NCBI RefSeq assembly: GCF_964213995.1
Contig: NW_027590179.1
Location: 124,001-188,000 of the forward strand
Reading direction: 5' to 3'
DNA length: 64,000 bases
Origin: Mustelus asterias
Lineage: Eukaryota
The notes under the pieces are model-generated. The model saw only the letters and a list, made by a program, of their open reading frames with translations. It ran no database searches and had not been told where the DNA came from. Position numbers and translations under genes: made by a program. This document shows positions 1-12,625 of this stretch, in pieces. The first letter of the stretch is position 1; each line of letters starts with the position of its first letter.

Positions 1-438
1 AGGGAGAGTGTGTGGGATGGAGATTCACAGCTTTTGGGGAATGAGAGAGAAAGAATGTTCCATAGAAACGAGAATTGTCTGTTCTGAATTTCTGTCCTGT
101 ACTGACACTGATGACTTTTGTAAACTCATTTTACAGGATATTAAAAGAGGAATCACAGACCGAAATCTCAAACGTCACATCAGATCTGACAGAGTCATAT
201 TCCTTGGGAGCTGAATATCATCGGCCTTTGAATCCAGAAGGACAAATGATTGTCCGGTCTGTCGATTTGAAAGGATTTCAAATGTCAGTGTGACTGGAAA
301 AGGACCAACACGCTGCCACGCTCGGGTGAGGGTGTTAAAGAGCTTTAACCAGTTACACAGCCTGAATAAAGATCACACCATTAACAGCGGGGAGAGACTG
401 CACTCGTGTTGTGTGTGTGTTAACGAGGCTTCAACTGA

Positions 439-1483
439 TTGTCCACCAAAGAGAGAGGCAAGGACACATGCACCATGGAGAAACCATGGAAATGTGGGGA
501 CTGTGGGAAGAGATACAGATCCCCATCAGAGCTGGAAGTTCATCGGCGCAGTCACACTGGAGCGAGGCCATTCGCCTGTTCTCAGTGTGGGAAGGGATTC
601 AGTGAAATATCCCACCTGCGGACACACCAGCGAGTTCACACTGGGGAGAGGCCGTTCACCTGCTCTCTGTGGGAAGGGATTCAGTCAGTTATCCAGCCTG
701 CAGACACACCAGCGAGTTCACACTGGGGAGAGGCCGTTCACTTGCTCTCAGTGTGGGAAAGGATTCAGTCAATTATCCAACTTGCAGACACACCAACGAG
801 TTCACACTGGGGAGAGACCGTTCACTTGCTCTCAGTGTGGGAAGGGATTCAGTCAGTTATCCAACCTGCGCAAACACCAGCGAGTTTGCACTGGGGAAAG
901 GCCATTCACCTGCTCTCAGTGTGAGAAGGAATTCACTCATTTATCCAGCCTGCAGACACACCAGCGAGTTCACACTGGGGAGAGGCCATTCACCTGCCCT
1001 CAGTATGGGGAGGGATTCACTCAATCATCCAACCTGCAGACACACCAGCGAGTTCACACTGGGGAGAAACCATTCACTTGCTCTCAGTGTGGGAAGGGAG
1101 TCACTCAGTTATCGAGTCTGCGGACACACCTGCGAGTTCACACTGGGGAGAGACCATTCACCTGCTCTCAGTGTGGGAAGGGATTCAGTGATTCATCCAG
1201 CCTGCGGAGACATGAGCGAGTTCACACTGGGGAGAGGCCGTTCACCTGCTCTCAGTGTGGGAAGGAATTCACTCAGTTATCCAATCTGCGGACACACGAG
1301 CGTATTCACACTGGGGAGAAACCGTTCACCTGCTCTCAGTGTGGGAAGGGATTCACTGACTTATCCAACCTGTGCACACACCAGCGAGTTCACACTGGGG
1401 AGAGGCCGTTCACCTGCTCTCAGTGTGGAAAGGGTTTCAGAGTTTCAGCCCAGCTGCTGAGACACCAACAAGTTCACGAGTGA
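439..1483 (+). pseudogene. Tandem C2H2 zinc-finger gene (12 fingers), frameshifted
   Basis: ORF 439-924 gives fingers 1-2 and ORF 290-1483 gives the rest, with TGERPF linkers. The frames join at 667/668, where TGCTCTC(AG)TGTGGG lacks 2 nt. Finger 5 ends HxxxC and finger 7 has C>Y. Candidate splice acceptor ttttacag at 129-136. Confidence 0.9.
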
Positions 1484-2298
1484 TTCCAGGGGTTGGATTC
1501 TGCTGTTATTGTTTCTGCTCTCAATTACATCCAGGACTGCATTTTATTCATTCTCACAGTTAGTCAATGGGGAGGGTCGGAGGGTTTCTTTCTGCTGGAC
1601 TGGCCGGTCTCACGACATTGCCTCCAGTGGGCTGATGCTCTTTGAGTCTTGTTGCAAATACCTGGTTTCAAATTTCACAAGGATCACAGAGTGACCGGGT
1701 GTGAGGAAGTTCAGAGATATTTAGTCAGCATTTCTGTTTGAAACCTCCCCAAATGACCATCCAATTTCCTTTGTAATTGTTTATTGTCTCCATTTCCTCC
1801 ACCCTCGTAGGCAGCGAGTTCCAGGTCATCACCATTCACTGCATCAAAATATTCTTCCTCACATCCCCCCCTACATCTCTGACCCAAAACCATAAATCTG
1901 TGACCTCCTCGTCCTTGTCCCATCAGCCAATGGGAACGGATTTTCTTTGTCCACTTTATCTAAACCTGTCAGAATCTTGTCAGGAATGTGTAGCTGGAAA
2001 TCCCTCCCTAACAGCACTGTGGGTGTACCTACACCTCAGGCATTGTAGCAGTTCAGGAAGGCAGTGTTGGGGTTGACCATGGCCGAGGCAGCTACATACA
2101 GCCACATATTCTGTTATAATTGAAGGACAGCAGATTGAATGTGAGGCATTATGGGACTGGACTATCTTGACCACATTCCTGTGACTGCTCAGTTTCTGCA
2201 ATCACGAACCATTAAAGCTGCTTAGCAGGGCCCCGACAGAGGACCTTGTGAGAATATTTACACAGAACGAGTTAGAATGAAACTTATTCCATAGGTTT

Positions 2299-2598
2299 GG
2301 GCGGCATGGTGGCACAGTGGTTAGCACTGCTGCCTCACAGCGCCAGGGACCCGGGTTCGATTCCTGGCTCGGGTCACTGTCTGTGTGGAGTCTGCACATT
2401 CTCCCCGTGTCCCTGTCTCCTCCCAAAGTCCAAAGATGTGTGGGTTAGGTGGATTGGCCATGCTAAATTGCCCCTTAGTGTCAGGGGGACTAGCTAGGGT
2501 AAATGCATGGGGGATAGGGCCTGGGTGTGATTGTGATCGGTGCAGACTCGATGGGCCAAATGGCCTCCTCTGCACTGTAGGATTCTATGAATCTATGA
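2299..2598 (+). mobile_element. HE1-type V-SINE (tRNA head, V domain, CR1-like tail)
   Basis: A box TGGCACAGTGG, B box GGTTCGATTCC, GTGTGGAGTCTGCACATTCTCCCCGTG core, (TCTATGA)n tail. Confidence 0.9.
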
Positions 2599-2948
2599 AT
2601 AACCAGCTGATATTCAGTGGCTGAGATATCCAAATCTGTAAAAAGGGGGTCTGACCAATCAACAAACGGTGGTAGGTAGTAGATTAAGAAGCGTTCTCAG
2701 GCATTAAATTATTTTATCATAAATTTGTGATAAGAACTGTGAAGGTCTTGTGACCCGGTAGTCGGTGAGGTGACGGTACACTCCAAGTAGCACTGGACTG
2801 AAAAGTGGATCTCTAAGAGTGGATTCTAATGGTTATAATCTTACCCAAGCATGGCCAGTGAAAAATTCAGAGCTCGAGTGGGCACCAGACAGATTTCTTA
2901 CCTGTCTTTTGGAAACTAAGAACAAGAAACTTATCGATAAAATGATTT

Positions 2949-3092
2949 GAGAATAGAGCCAACATTTTGAGTCGAGATGACACTTCATAGGAGCTCTGAT
3001 AAAGGGTCATCCAGACTTGAAACTTGGCTCTATTCTCTCCCTACAGATGCTGTCAGATCTGCTGGGATTTTCCAGCATTTTCTGTTTTTGTT
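2949..3092 (+). mobile_element. Penelope-like element terminus, fold-back
   Basis: Imperfect palindrome centred on AGCT. Same sequence family as the end of the GIY-YIG remnant at 14328. Confidence 0.7.
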
Positions 3093-3820
3093 TTACTTTT
3101 ATAATAAATGATTCGGTCTGATTGGAATCCCCACGATCCTCCTGCAAAACAGAGAGAAAGTGGTGACAAAAGGAGAAAAAGGATATGGATGATAAAGTCT
3201 GGGTTCTGATTCTCCGAGCCCGTGTAGAATTAACAAAATGAGTGAACCAGTTTATAAAGAATAGAAATTACCCATCCCTAACAAAAACTGATCAAATTAA
3301 AATAGGTTGAGGAATATAACAAAAAAATTAATAGATGAAGTTTAAAATCAAGTTTCTTTTGTTGTTAGAGAGGGGATTTTTTACAGTAACTTCATTGCAG
3401 TGTTAATGTAAGCTTACTTGAGATTAATTATAAACTTTAAGTTTTTTAAAGTTATTTTGTCAGAGGGGTTCAGAATACCTTGAGATTAAAAACTAATAAA
3501 AGCTATTGAAACAGGGTGGACTGACTTAGACTAACATAGAATAAGGACGACAACGTGCCTTATTTATATTATACAAAGGTACTGTCTGCATAGAGATACA
3601 TATAACCACTGGTAGAGAATTTAAATATGTACTTTTTGGACTAAAATGTACACCTTGGCCAAACTGCAGACTGCCCGAAAGCATAATGGGATAAAAGCTG
3701 AGTGAGACAGGCCACATTCTGTCAGAACAGTGAAGCCACAGAGCACAGTTTTTATCAGCATGAGTTATAAAAGTAAACGCTTCCCAGACACTAGAATGAA
3801 TAGAATTATTCATTTTTTAC

Positions 3821-4286
3821 TGATAAGGGATGGCTCAGCAGACAGTGGAAAGGAACTTTTGAACCCTCTAAGCTATGTAATAGAAGTTGCTGAGAGTCAG
3901 TTAGAAAGCAACCTTTGAACCCTATGGACCTACGTAAGTGAAAGTTTGCTAGTAACAGTGGGCAGGAACTTTCAGATTCTACAGACCAATGAATTCCCAT
4001 TCTTCCAGAAGATAGGATGTTATTGGCCAAGGTAAATATTGTGCACGAACATGATTGGAGCATCCAGTTAGGATGACAGAGTGGGTGGGTGAAACGAACT
4101 TTCAAAATAGTATAACTACGCGGCCAATGTATTGTAACTTTAGAAAGGAGTTGGACTGCCCAGCTGCCTTTCTCCCAGCGTGTGTTGGTCAATAAATAAT
4201 GTCTTTAACCCGTATACTGTCTTTTGCAAATCATTGTATTAGCCGAGTTCAGCTCAATACTTCGCCTCTGAGAAAAACCCTCATCA
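3821..4286 (+). mobile_element. Putative solo LTR
   Basis: TGATAAGGG...CCCTCATCA terminal inverted repeat, U3-like internal tandem repeats, TATAA near 4111, AATAAA at 4191. No clear TSD. Confidence 0.45.
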
Positions 4287-4874
4287 TATGTAAAGTGAAG
4301 TAATTGTGGGCCAAGTCAGAGGGTAAAATGCAATTGGCTGAAGTATATGACGTGTTGAAAATGATTGGTTTACACCTGATGAAAGGCAGGAGAATTGATA
4401 TGAAGAATGTATTATTGAGCCATCCTAAGCATTGTATGTCTGTTATTGGAGAGATCAGGATGCTTCTCTTCTCGAGAGGGATTAACACCGTCCAATAATT
4501 TCTCCCTTCAATCAAATAAAAGATAAGTCTTTAAACTGGGACACTGGCTTTCATGAGTCTTTGTATTGTCTGAAGATTTTGGCAATACCTGGTCTCCAGC
4601 GGTAATGTACCCAGTGTGTTGGGGGAAATGAACTCAGAAGAATCATTCAATACTCAAGCCTGATTCAATCAACAAACAGTTTATTGAGTTACGCCAGGGG
4701 GAAGAAGCCACAGGGGCTGACCATGTGTAACTCCACCCAACACAGAATATCATCAATTCTTATCCAGCTGGACACAATCCAATCAGAATGGTTATAGATT
4801 ACATATATTATGTATGTGTCCAATGAAATTAGTATCTGGGCATTCGGGGCTTTGTGATCATGCAAAACAGATTA

Positions 4875-6912
4875 TGGCTAGGTGCGGAGGTCACAGGGTA
4901 GTTGTCATGGGTGACTTTAACTTTCCAAATACTGATTGGAACTTTTTAGGTTGAATAGTTCAGATGGGGCAGTTTTTGTACAGTGTGTGCAAGAGAGTTT
5001 CCTGACACAATATGTGGATAGGCCGACAAGACGTGGGGCCACATTGGATTTGGGTCTGGGAAATGAACCGGGCCAAGTGTTTAGCTTTGGTTGTGGGAGA
5101 GCACTTTGGAGATAGCGACCACAATTCGGTGTCTTTCGTTATTGCAATGGAGAGGGATAGGGCCATACGGCAGGGCAAGGTTTACAATTGGGGGAGGGGT
5201 AATTATGATGCGATTAGGGAGCATGAGATGGGAACAGAAACTGTCAGGGAAAGGCTCAAATGAAAAGTGGAGCTTGTTCAAGGAACAAATTCTGCGTGTC
5301 CTTGATAGGTATGTCCCTGCCAGGCAGAGAGGAAATGGCCGAGTGAGGGAACCATGGTTCACAAAAGAGGTTGAATGCCTTGTCAAGAGGAAGAAGGAAG
5401 TGTATGTTAGGATGAGAAAACAAGGTTCAGTTGGGTCCATTGAGGGTTACAAGTTAGCAAGGAATGAGCTGAAAAAAGGGCTTAGGAGAGTTGGAGGGTG
5501 CATGGGAAGTCCTTGGCGGGTCGGATCAAGGAAAACCCCAAGGCTTTTTACTCTTATGTGAGGAATAAAAGGGTGAGGTTAGGGCCGGTCAAGGACAGTA
5601 GTAGGAACTTGTGCATGGAGTCAGAACAGATAGGAGAGGCGATGAATGAATACTTTTCTTCAGTGTTCATCAAGGAGAGGGGCCTTTTTGAGGATGAGAG
5701 TGTGATACAGGCTGATAGGCTGGAGGAGGCAGATGTTCTGAGGGAATATGTATTAGCAATTTTGAAAAAACCTGAAGGTTGATAAGTCCCCTGGGCTAGA
5801 TGAGATATATCCTAGGATTCTTTGGGAGGCAAGGGATGAGATTGCAGAGCCTTTGGCTTTGATCTTTGGGTCCTCGCTGTCCACAGGGATAGTGCCAGAG
5901 GACTAGAGAGTGGCGAATGTTGTTCCTCTGTTCAAGAAAGGAAATAGGAATGATCTTGGTAATTATAGGCCAGTTAGTCTTACTTCGGTGGTTGGTAAGT
6001 TAATGGAAAAGGTCCTGAGGGATAGGATTTACGACCATTTAGAAAGATGCAGCTCAATCCGGGATAGTCAACACGGGAAGGGTAAGTCTTGCCTCACAAA
6101 TTTGATTGAATTTTTTGAGGAGGTAACTAAGTGTGTAGATGAAGGTAGAGCAGTTGATGTCATATACATGGATTTTAGTAAGGCGTTTGATAAGGTCCCC
6201 CATGGTCGGCTCATGAAGAAAGTAAGGAGATGTGGGATAGAGGGAAATTTTGCCGATTGGATAAGTAACTGGCTATCTCATAGAAGACAGAGGGTGGTGG
6301 TGGATGGAAAATTTTCAGACTGGAGACCAGTTACCAGCAGTGTACCAGAAGGATCAGTGCTGGGTCTTCTACTATTTGTGATTTTTATAAATGACTTGGA
6401 GGAGGGGGCTGAAGGGTGGATCAGTAAATTTGCGGATGACACCAAGATTGGTGGAGTAGTGGATGAGTAGGAGGGCTGTTGTGGGCTGCAAAGAGACATT
6501 GATAGGATGCAGAGGTGGGCCGAAAAAATGGCAGATGGAGTTTAACCCTGATAAGTGCGAGGTGATTCATTTGGTAGGACAAATTTGAATGCGGATTACA
6601 GGGTCAAAGGTAGGGTTCTGAGGAATGTCGAGGAACAGAGAGATCTTGGGGTTCATATCCACAGATCTCTAAAGGTTGCCACTCAAGTGGATAGAGCCGT
6701 GAAGAAGGCCTATAGTGTGTTAGCGTTTATTAACAGGGGGTTTGAGTTTAAGAGCCGTGAGGTTATGCTGCAACTGTACAGGACCTTGGTGAGACCACAT
6801 TTGGAATATTGTGTGCCGTTCTGGTCACCTCACTATAAGAAGGATGTGGAAGCACTGGAAAGAGTGCAAAGGAGATTTACCAGGATGCTGCCTGGTTTGG
6901 AGGGTAGGTCTT
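4875..6912 (+). mobile_element. CR1 LINE ORF2 fragment (endonuclease end plus RT), decayed
   Basis: [49 protein letters not shown] across broken frames. Confidence 0.95.
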
Positions 6913-7471
6913 TAGGTTGATCTTTCCCCGAATTAAGCTGAAAAATGATGCAGATAGTTTGACGTCTGTCTAATGCACAAGTACTGAGTGCCCAGTGCAA
7001 GAGGATAATTGATAGATACCGTTTTAAATACACAGGGAAAAAGTAATCACCCAACTCAGAATTGAGATGCGGTTCGACTGGGAAAACAGAGATTTCAGTC
7101 AGTCAATATTATTAACCCAGCAACTTCAACATGTGACATCTCTGAGTCTGCCTTTGATATTTAATCACTTTTGAAAGATGTGGTCTGTCACACAGTTAAC
7201 TGATCTGGAGCATTTAAAATACAGATTGATGACCTTGTTCTCCTGAAAGACCTGCGGGTTTGTGTGAATGGGATCGGGGAATGATTGGACTTGATCTGAT
7301 AGTAATATGAGTAAAAATATCTCAAATTTACCAACAGTGACAATTATTGACCTCAATGAGGGAAAACACTCAGATGGGGCTATATTGTCACGTTCACTAT
7401 GGGTAAAATTTCTCTGATGTTTAACCCCATGTGTTGTCCTGACAATGAACCATTGATTATCGACCTGTGCC

Positions 7472-7510
7472 AGTTTTTGTATGAGGCCCGCGGGAGCCTC
7501 ATTCACTGTG
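7472..7510 (-). other. 23-RSS of V-A
   Basis: CACAGTG (7510-7504), 23 bp spacer, ACAAAAACT. Confidence 0.95.
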
Positions 7511-10193
7511 GGTCTCGGTGCACAGTAATACACGGCGCTGTCTGTCATCTTCAAATCTTTCATGGACAAGTGAAAAGTGGTTTGTTTCAGGTTGAGATTC
7601 CCACTGAAGTGTTCAAAGCCGGGAGCCGTATCGGTAAACCCACAACTAGCGGCTCTGAGCAGATACTGAGGAGCTCGGTGTGGATACTGGCGATACCAGA
7701 ACAGGTCATGCTGTGTAGCTGAACTCGATGCAGAGTAACTGCATCATATTGCTGAATCTTCACCCTCTGCTGCTTCAACAACTGGTTCTAACTGGGGCAC
7801 TGAGTCTCTGTTACTCATGTCATGGCCCAAAAGTTAAAATTCTAAATTGGGGCAAGACGAATTTTGATGGTATCAGGCAGGAACTTTCAAAAGTTAATTG
7901 GAGGAGTCTGTGGGAAGGCAAAGGGACGTCTGGTAAGTGGCAAGCTTTCAAAAGTGTGTTAATCAGGGTTCAGGGTAAGCACAGTCCTCTTAGAGTGAAG
8001 AGCAAGGCTGGTAGACGGAGGGAACCCTGGGATGACTCGGGATATTGAGGCCCTGGTCAAGAAGAAGAAAGGGGCACATGACATGCATAGGCACTGGGAT
8101 CAAGTGAATCCCTTGAAGAGTATAGGGGGTGTAGGAGTAGAGTTAAGAGAGAAATCAGGAGGGCAAAAAGGGGACACGAGATTGTTTTGGTAGATAAGGC
8201 AAAGGAGAATCCAAAGAGCTTCTACAAATACATAAAAGGCAATGGAGAGAGTAGGGCTTCTTAATGATCAGCATGGTCATCTACGTGCCGATCCACAGGG
8301 ATGGGTGAGATCCTAAATGAATATTTCTCATCAGTATTTAGTGTTGAGAAAAGCATGGATGTTAGTGAACTTGGGGAGATAAATAGTGATGTCTTGAGGA
8401 GTGTACATATTACAGAGAAAGAGATGCTGGAAGTCTTAAAGGGCATCAAGATAGATAAATCCCCGGGACTTGATGAAGTGTGTCCCAGGACATTGTGGGA
8501 GGCTCGGGAGGAAATTGTGGGTCCCCTAGCCGAGATATTTGAATCATCGATAGTCACGGGTGAGGTGCCTGAAGATTGGAGAGTGGCAAATGTTGTGCCT
8601 TTGTTTAAAAAGGGCTTCAGGGAAAAGCCTGGTGAGCCTCACATCTGTGGTGGGTAAGTTGTTGGAAAGTATTTTGAGAGACAGGACCTACAGGCATTAA
8701 GAGATGCAAGGACTGATTAGGGACAGTCAGCATGGCTTTGTGAGTGGAAAATCATGTCTCACAAATTTGATTGAGTTTTTTGAAGGGGTAACCAAGATGG
8801 TGGATGAGGGCAGTGCAGTTGGTGTTGTCTTCATGGACTTTAGCAAGGCCTTTGACAAGGTACCGCATGGTTGGTTGTTGCATAGGGTTAAATCTCATGG
8901 GATCCAGGGTGAGATATTTAAATTGATACAAAAGTGGCTTCTGGACAGAAGCCAGAGTGTGGTTGTAGAGGGTTGTCTTTAAAACTGGAGGCCTGTGACC
9001 AGCGGTATGCCTCAGGGATCAGTGCTGGGTCCACTGTTATTTGTCATGTATATTAATGATTTGGATGATAATATAGGTAGCATGGTTTGCAGATTACACC
9101 AAGATTGGTGGCATAGTGCACAGCGAAGAAAGTTATCTCCGATTGCAACGGGATCTTGATCAATTGGGCCAGTGAGCTGACGAATGGCAGATGGAGTTTA
9201 AGTTAGACAAATGCGAGGTGATGCATTTTGGTGGATTGAACCAGGGCAGGACTTACACAGTTAATGGGAGGACGTTGGGGAGAGTTACAGAACAAAGAGA
9301 TCTAAGGGTACATGTTCAGAGCTCCTTGAAAGTGGAGTCACAGGTGGACAGAGTGGTGAAAAAGGCATCGGCATGCTTGGTTTCATTGGTCAGAACATTG
9401 AATACAGGAGTTGGGATGTCTTGTTGAAGTTGGACAAGACATTGGTGAGGCCACACTTGGAATACTGTGTACAGTTCTGGTCACCCCATTGTAGAAAGGA
9501 TATTATTAAACTGGAAAGAGTGCAGAAAAGATTTACTAGGATGCTACCGGGATTTGATGGACTGAGTTATAAGGAGAGGCTGGATAGACTGGGACTTTTT
9601 TCTCTGGAGCGTAGGAGGCTGAGGGGCGATCTTATAGAGGTCTATAAAATAATGAGGGGCACAGATCAGCTGGATAGTCAATATATTTTCCCAAAGATAG
9701 GGAAGTCTAAAACCAGAGGGCATATGTTCAATGAGAGGGGAGAGATACAAAAGTTCCAGAGGGGCATTTTCTTCGCACAGCAGGTGGTGAGCATCTGGAA
9801 CAAGCTGCCAGAGGCAGTAGCAGTGGTGGGTACAATGTTGTTTTTTAAAAAGCATTTTGACAGTTATATGGGTAAGATGGGTATAGAGGGATATGGGCCA
9901 AATGCGGGCAATTGGGATTAGTTTAGTGGTTTAAACAAAAAGGGCGTCATGAACAAGTTGGGCCGAAGGGCCTGTTTCTATGCTGTAAACCTCTGTTACT
10001 CTGTGACTCTATGACTCTATCTCTGAAAATAAACAGCGGACACAAAGCGGATTAGGAGGAACAACAACGGAATAATTGCCTCGAGATGGAAATGGGGAAC
10101 TAATCTGGTGATTGCCGGATTTCACCCAAAGGTTCAAAATGACCGAGCTGTGATCAGGACAATAACCAGAGTCAGACAGAATTTCACCCCCAT
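7511..10193 (-). pseudogene. TCR alpha/delta-type V segment A (leader 10148-10193, V exon 7511-7820), split by CR1
   Basis: Leader MGVKFCLTLVIVLIT with donor GT>CT. V exon DSVPQLEP..AI*CSY..LFWYRQYPHRAPQYLL..DSAVYYCAPR has one stop. Confidence 0.9.
7821..10022 (+). mobile_element. 5'-truncated CR1 LINE inserted at the V-A splice acceptor
   Basis: RT motifs in ORFs 8301-9921, (GACTCTAT)n tail. Flanks rejoin to match the uninterrupted paralogue at 22711-22724. Confidence 0.95.
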
Positions 10194-10381
10194 GATTCCA
10201 GTTAGAGCTTCAGAAACAGAGACAGTGATCACTGACTGTACCAGAACTGCAATTGGAGAAGTTGAAACAGTCAGTGGAATGGTATGAGGTCGAACGTGAC
10301 TCCCTGTCTCCGCCCATTTTTACATCTTCAAACAGGCGCTTCCTCTCGAAGGAATGGTGACCTTGCATAAGTGATCAGAGA

Positions 10382-10395
10382 GCGCCCTCCCGTGG
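10382..10395 (-). promoter_or_regulatory. CTCF-like motif upstream of V-A leader
   Basis: CCACGGGAGGGCGC about 190 bp 5' of the ATG. Retained in the V-B paralogue. Confidence 0.45.
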
Positions 10396-10469
10396 ACAGC
10401 ACTGCCGCATATTGGAAACAGACACACACACGGCCACCTGCAAAGACTGACACATTTCGAGATATTAAA

Positions 10470-10685
10470 ATCATAGAATCCGTACAGTACAGAAGAATGC
10501 CATTCGGCCCAGCGAGTATGTACTGGCCACAACGCCACCCAGGCCCTATTCCCGTAACCCCATATATTTACCCCGCTAATCCCCCTGACACTTGGGTCAA
10601 TTTAGCATGGCTAATCAACCGAACCTGCACATCTTTGGATTGTGGGAGGAAACCGGAGCACCTGAGGAAACCCAGCAGACACGGG
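10470..10685 (-). mobile_element. HE1-type SINE, partial
   Basis: Reverse-complement V domain and tail. Shared with 23162-23370. Confidence 0.8.
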
Positions 10686-11319
10686 GAGAGCAGATACATA
10701 CACGGCCACGTGCAAAGGCTAACACATGTAAGGATATATAACCATATAGATATATGCCCAGGCACTGACATCAACGTCCCTCGCTATAAATACAGAATTA
10801 TTCTGTAGATTTGTGATATATATTAGTCTCAGCTGTTAACCATGATAATACATGAATAACCCCACCTCCGTGTTCACTGGAAGCGTCGTATACCGCACAG
10901 AATCAACAAAGTATAGACACAGGGACAAGTAAACACAGTGATCGATTCTCAAACCGATCGACTCAAACATAGACACACAGTCACTGAGGAAGATAAACAA
11001 TCAGATTAACACAGCCATAGACACACTAAAGAGAAGTGCGCCCATTGACAATGCCAAAAACGTACTAGTTCCAGAGTAAACTTCCTGAACTCGAATTCCC
11101 TGGGGTCGTGTCAGTGCGGCAATATCCCGTTAGATATTCATCGCGATGGAACTGTCCATTTTAACAACAGGAACAGCCAGAAATCTATTTCTTACCAACG
11201 GTGATCACTAATTGATGACTATAAGCAATTGACGACTATTGGAGAATAAGCAACAATGCTTATTTATTTTTATTTTTTTACAGTCAACCATATTCTGGAT
11301 GTGTCCGTGTCATGTTTAA

Positions 11320-11586
11320 AGTTTGTTTATTAGTGTCACAAGTGGGATTACATTCATACTGCAATTAAGTTACTGTAAAAATCCACTGGTCGCCACACTC
11401 CGGGAGAACTTTAGCATGGTAATGCACCGAACCAGTGCATCTTTTGGACTGTGGGAGAAAACCAGAGCACACAGAGGAAACCCACGCAGACACAGGAAGA
11501 ACATACAAACTGCACACAGACCCAAGCCAGGCATCGAACCCGGGTCCCTGGCGTGGTGAGGCAGCTATGTGCCACTGTGCCACCCC
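11320..11586 (-). mobile_element. V-SINE with alternative tail
   Basis: tRNA-like head at 11530-11586 plus V domain. Remnant shared at about 24200-24370. Confidence 0.75.
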
Positions 11587-12269
11587 GTGTGAGATCAGTG
11601 TATGCAAGACAGATTTCCCACCCATTCTCAATGTTATCGGATTAAATGTTCGGGACACAGGAGGACAACACAAGGAGACTGCTTTGGGTGCAGGTGATTC
11701 ATTCTCTTCTGTTATATTCCACATTCTGTGGAAAGTTGTGGAGTTACTTAGTTATATTATATATAATTCAGAAATAATGAGGAGATGCTTCATCCGATTA
11801 AACTCGTTTTGTAAATTCAATATGAAATCAATTGCATAAATAAATATATGTCTACATTGAAAGCTAAATTGGGAAGCTATATCCAATACTTCATGCCATT
11901 GGATCAAGGAAACGTTGTTACTTAAAGCAAACTGTATGGACACGGATTCCACAGAAACTCCTTCTTCAAATGGGGATTGAACAATGACTTGAAAGGGAGA
12001 AAAATCAGCTTCATGGAATGAGAGGAGGAAACTGAAATGAGAACAAAGAACAGTGCAGCACAGGAACAGGCCCTTCGGCCCACCAAGCCCACACCGATAC
12101 ATCAGTTGGGTAGCTCGTAATCAAATAATTGGCATAGGCATTGTGGGTCAAAGGGCCTCTTATTGTTGCCTGCCATTGTCAACCATTTTCAATCATTCTT
12201 GGATCAATATGTCTACAGCATTCACAATGAGTGTTGCAACATTTCAAGAGACTCCCATTGGGTGCTTGC

Positions 12270-12332
12270 AAGTGGTGATTGCATTCACCTCACACACGAA
12301 AGCTCCCCAGTTCAAAGCCATGCCGGAATGTT
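12270..12332 (+). pseudogene. tRNA-Val(CAC) remnant
   Basis: AGTGGTGATTGCATTCACCTCACACACGAAAGCTCCCCAGTTCAAAGCC in array-unit context. Confidence 0.6.
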
Positions 12333-12625
12333 ATTAGTATTTGTTCTTTAAGGATGAGGGAAGTTTACATGATTTAAATTTGTTACTGAACATTATCCGC
12401 AACTCAATATTAACGCCATATTATCTTTGCTCTGACCTCGGCCTCAAAATCTTACAACAAAATCTGAAATCTTGTATTTTTATGACGCAATGAAAGGAAA
12501 TAGAGGTCCCTTTTTGACACCGTGTTCATATCAGCAACTCGTTCAGTCCACAACAGAATTTAATGGCTTTATTGATGCAGACGAACAAAGTTAATCACCA
12601 TCTGAAACATATCTAAAAGTATAAA

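Noticed and set aside
669-1460. 263-aa repetitive ORF overlapping the ZNF
   Set aside because: Alternate frame of the 84-bp finger repeats
2297-2624. ORFs over SINE copies; SINE heads as tRNAs
   Set aside because: SINE-derived; the heads have A/B boxes but no full cloverleaf
2640-3800. Possible retroviral leader/gag next to the LTR-like element
   Set aside because: No recognisable PBS, major homology region or zinc knuckle
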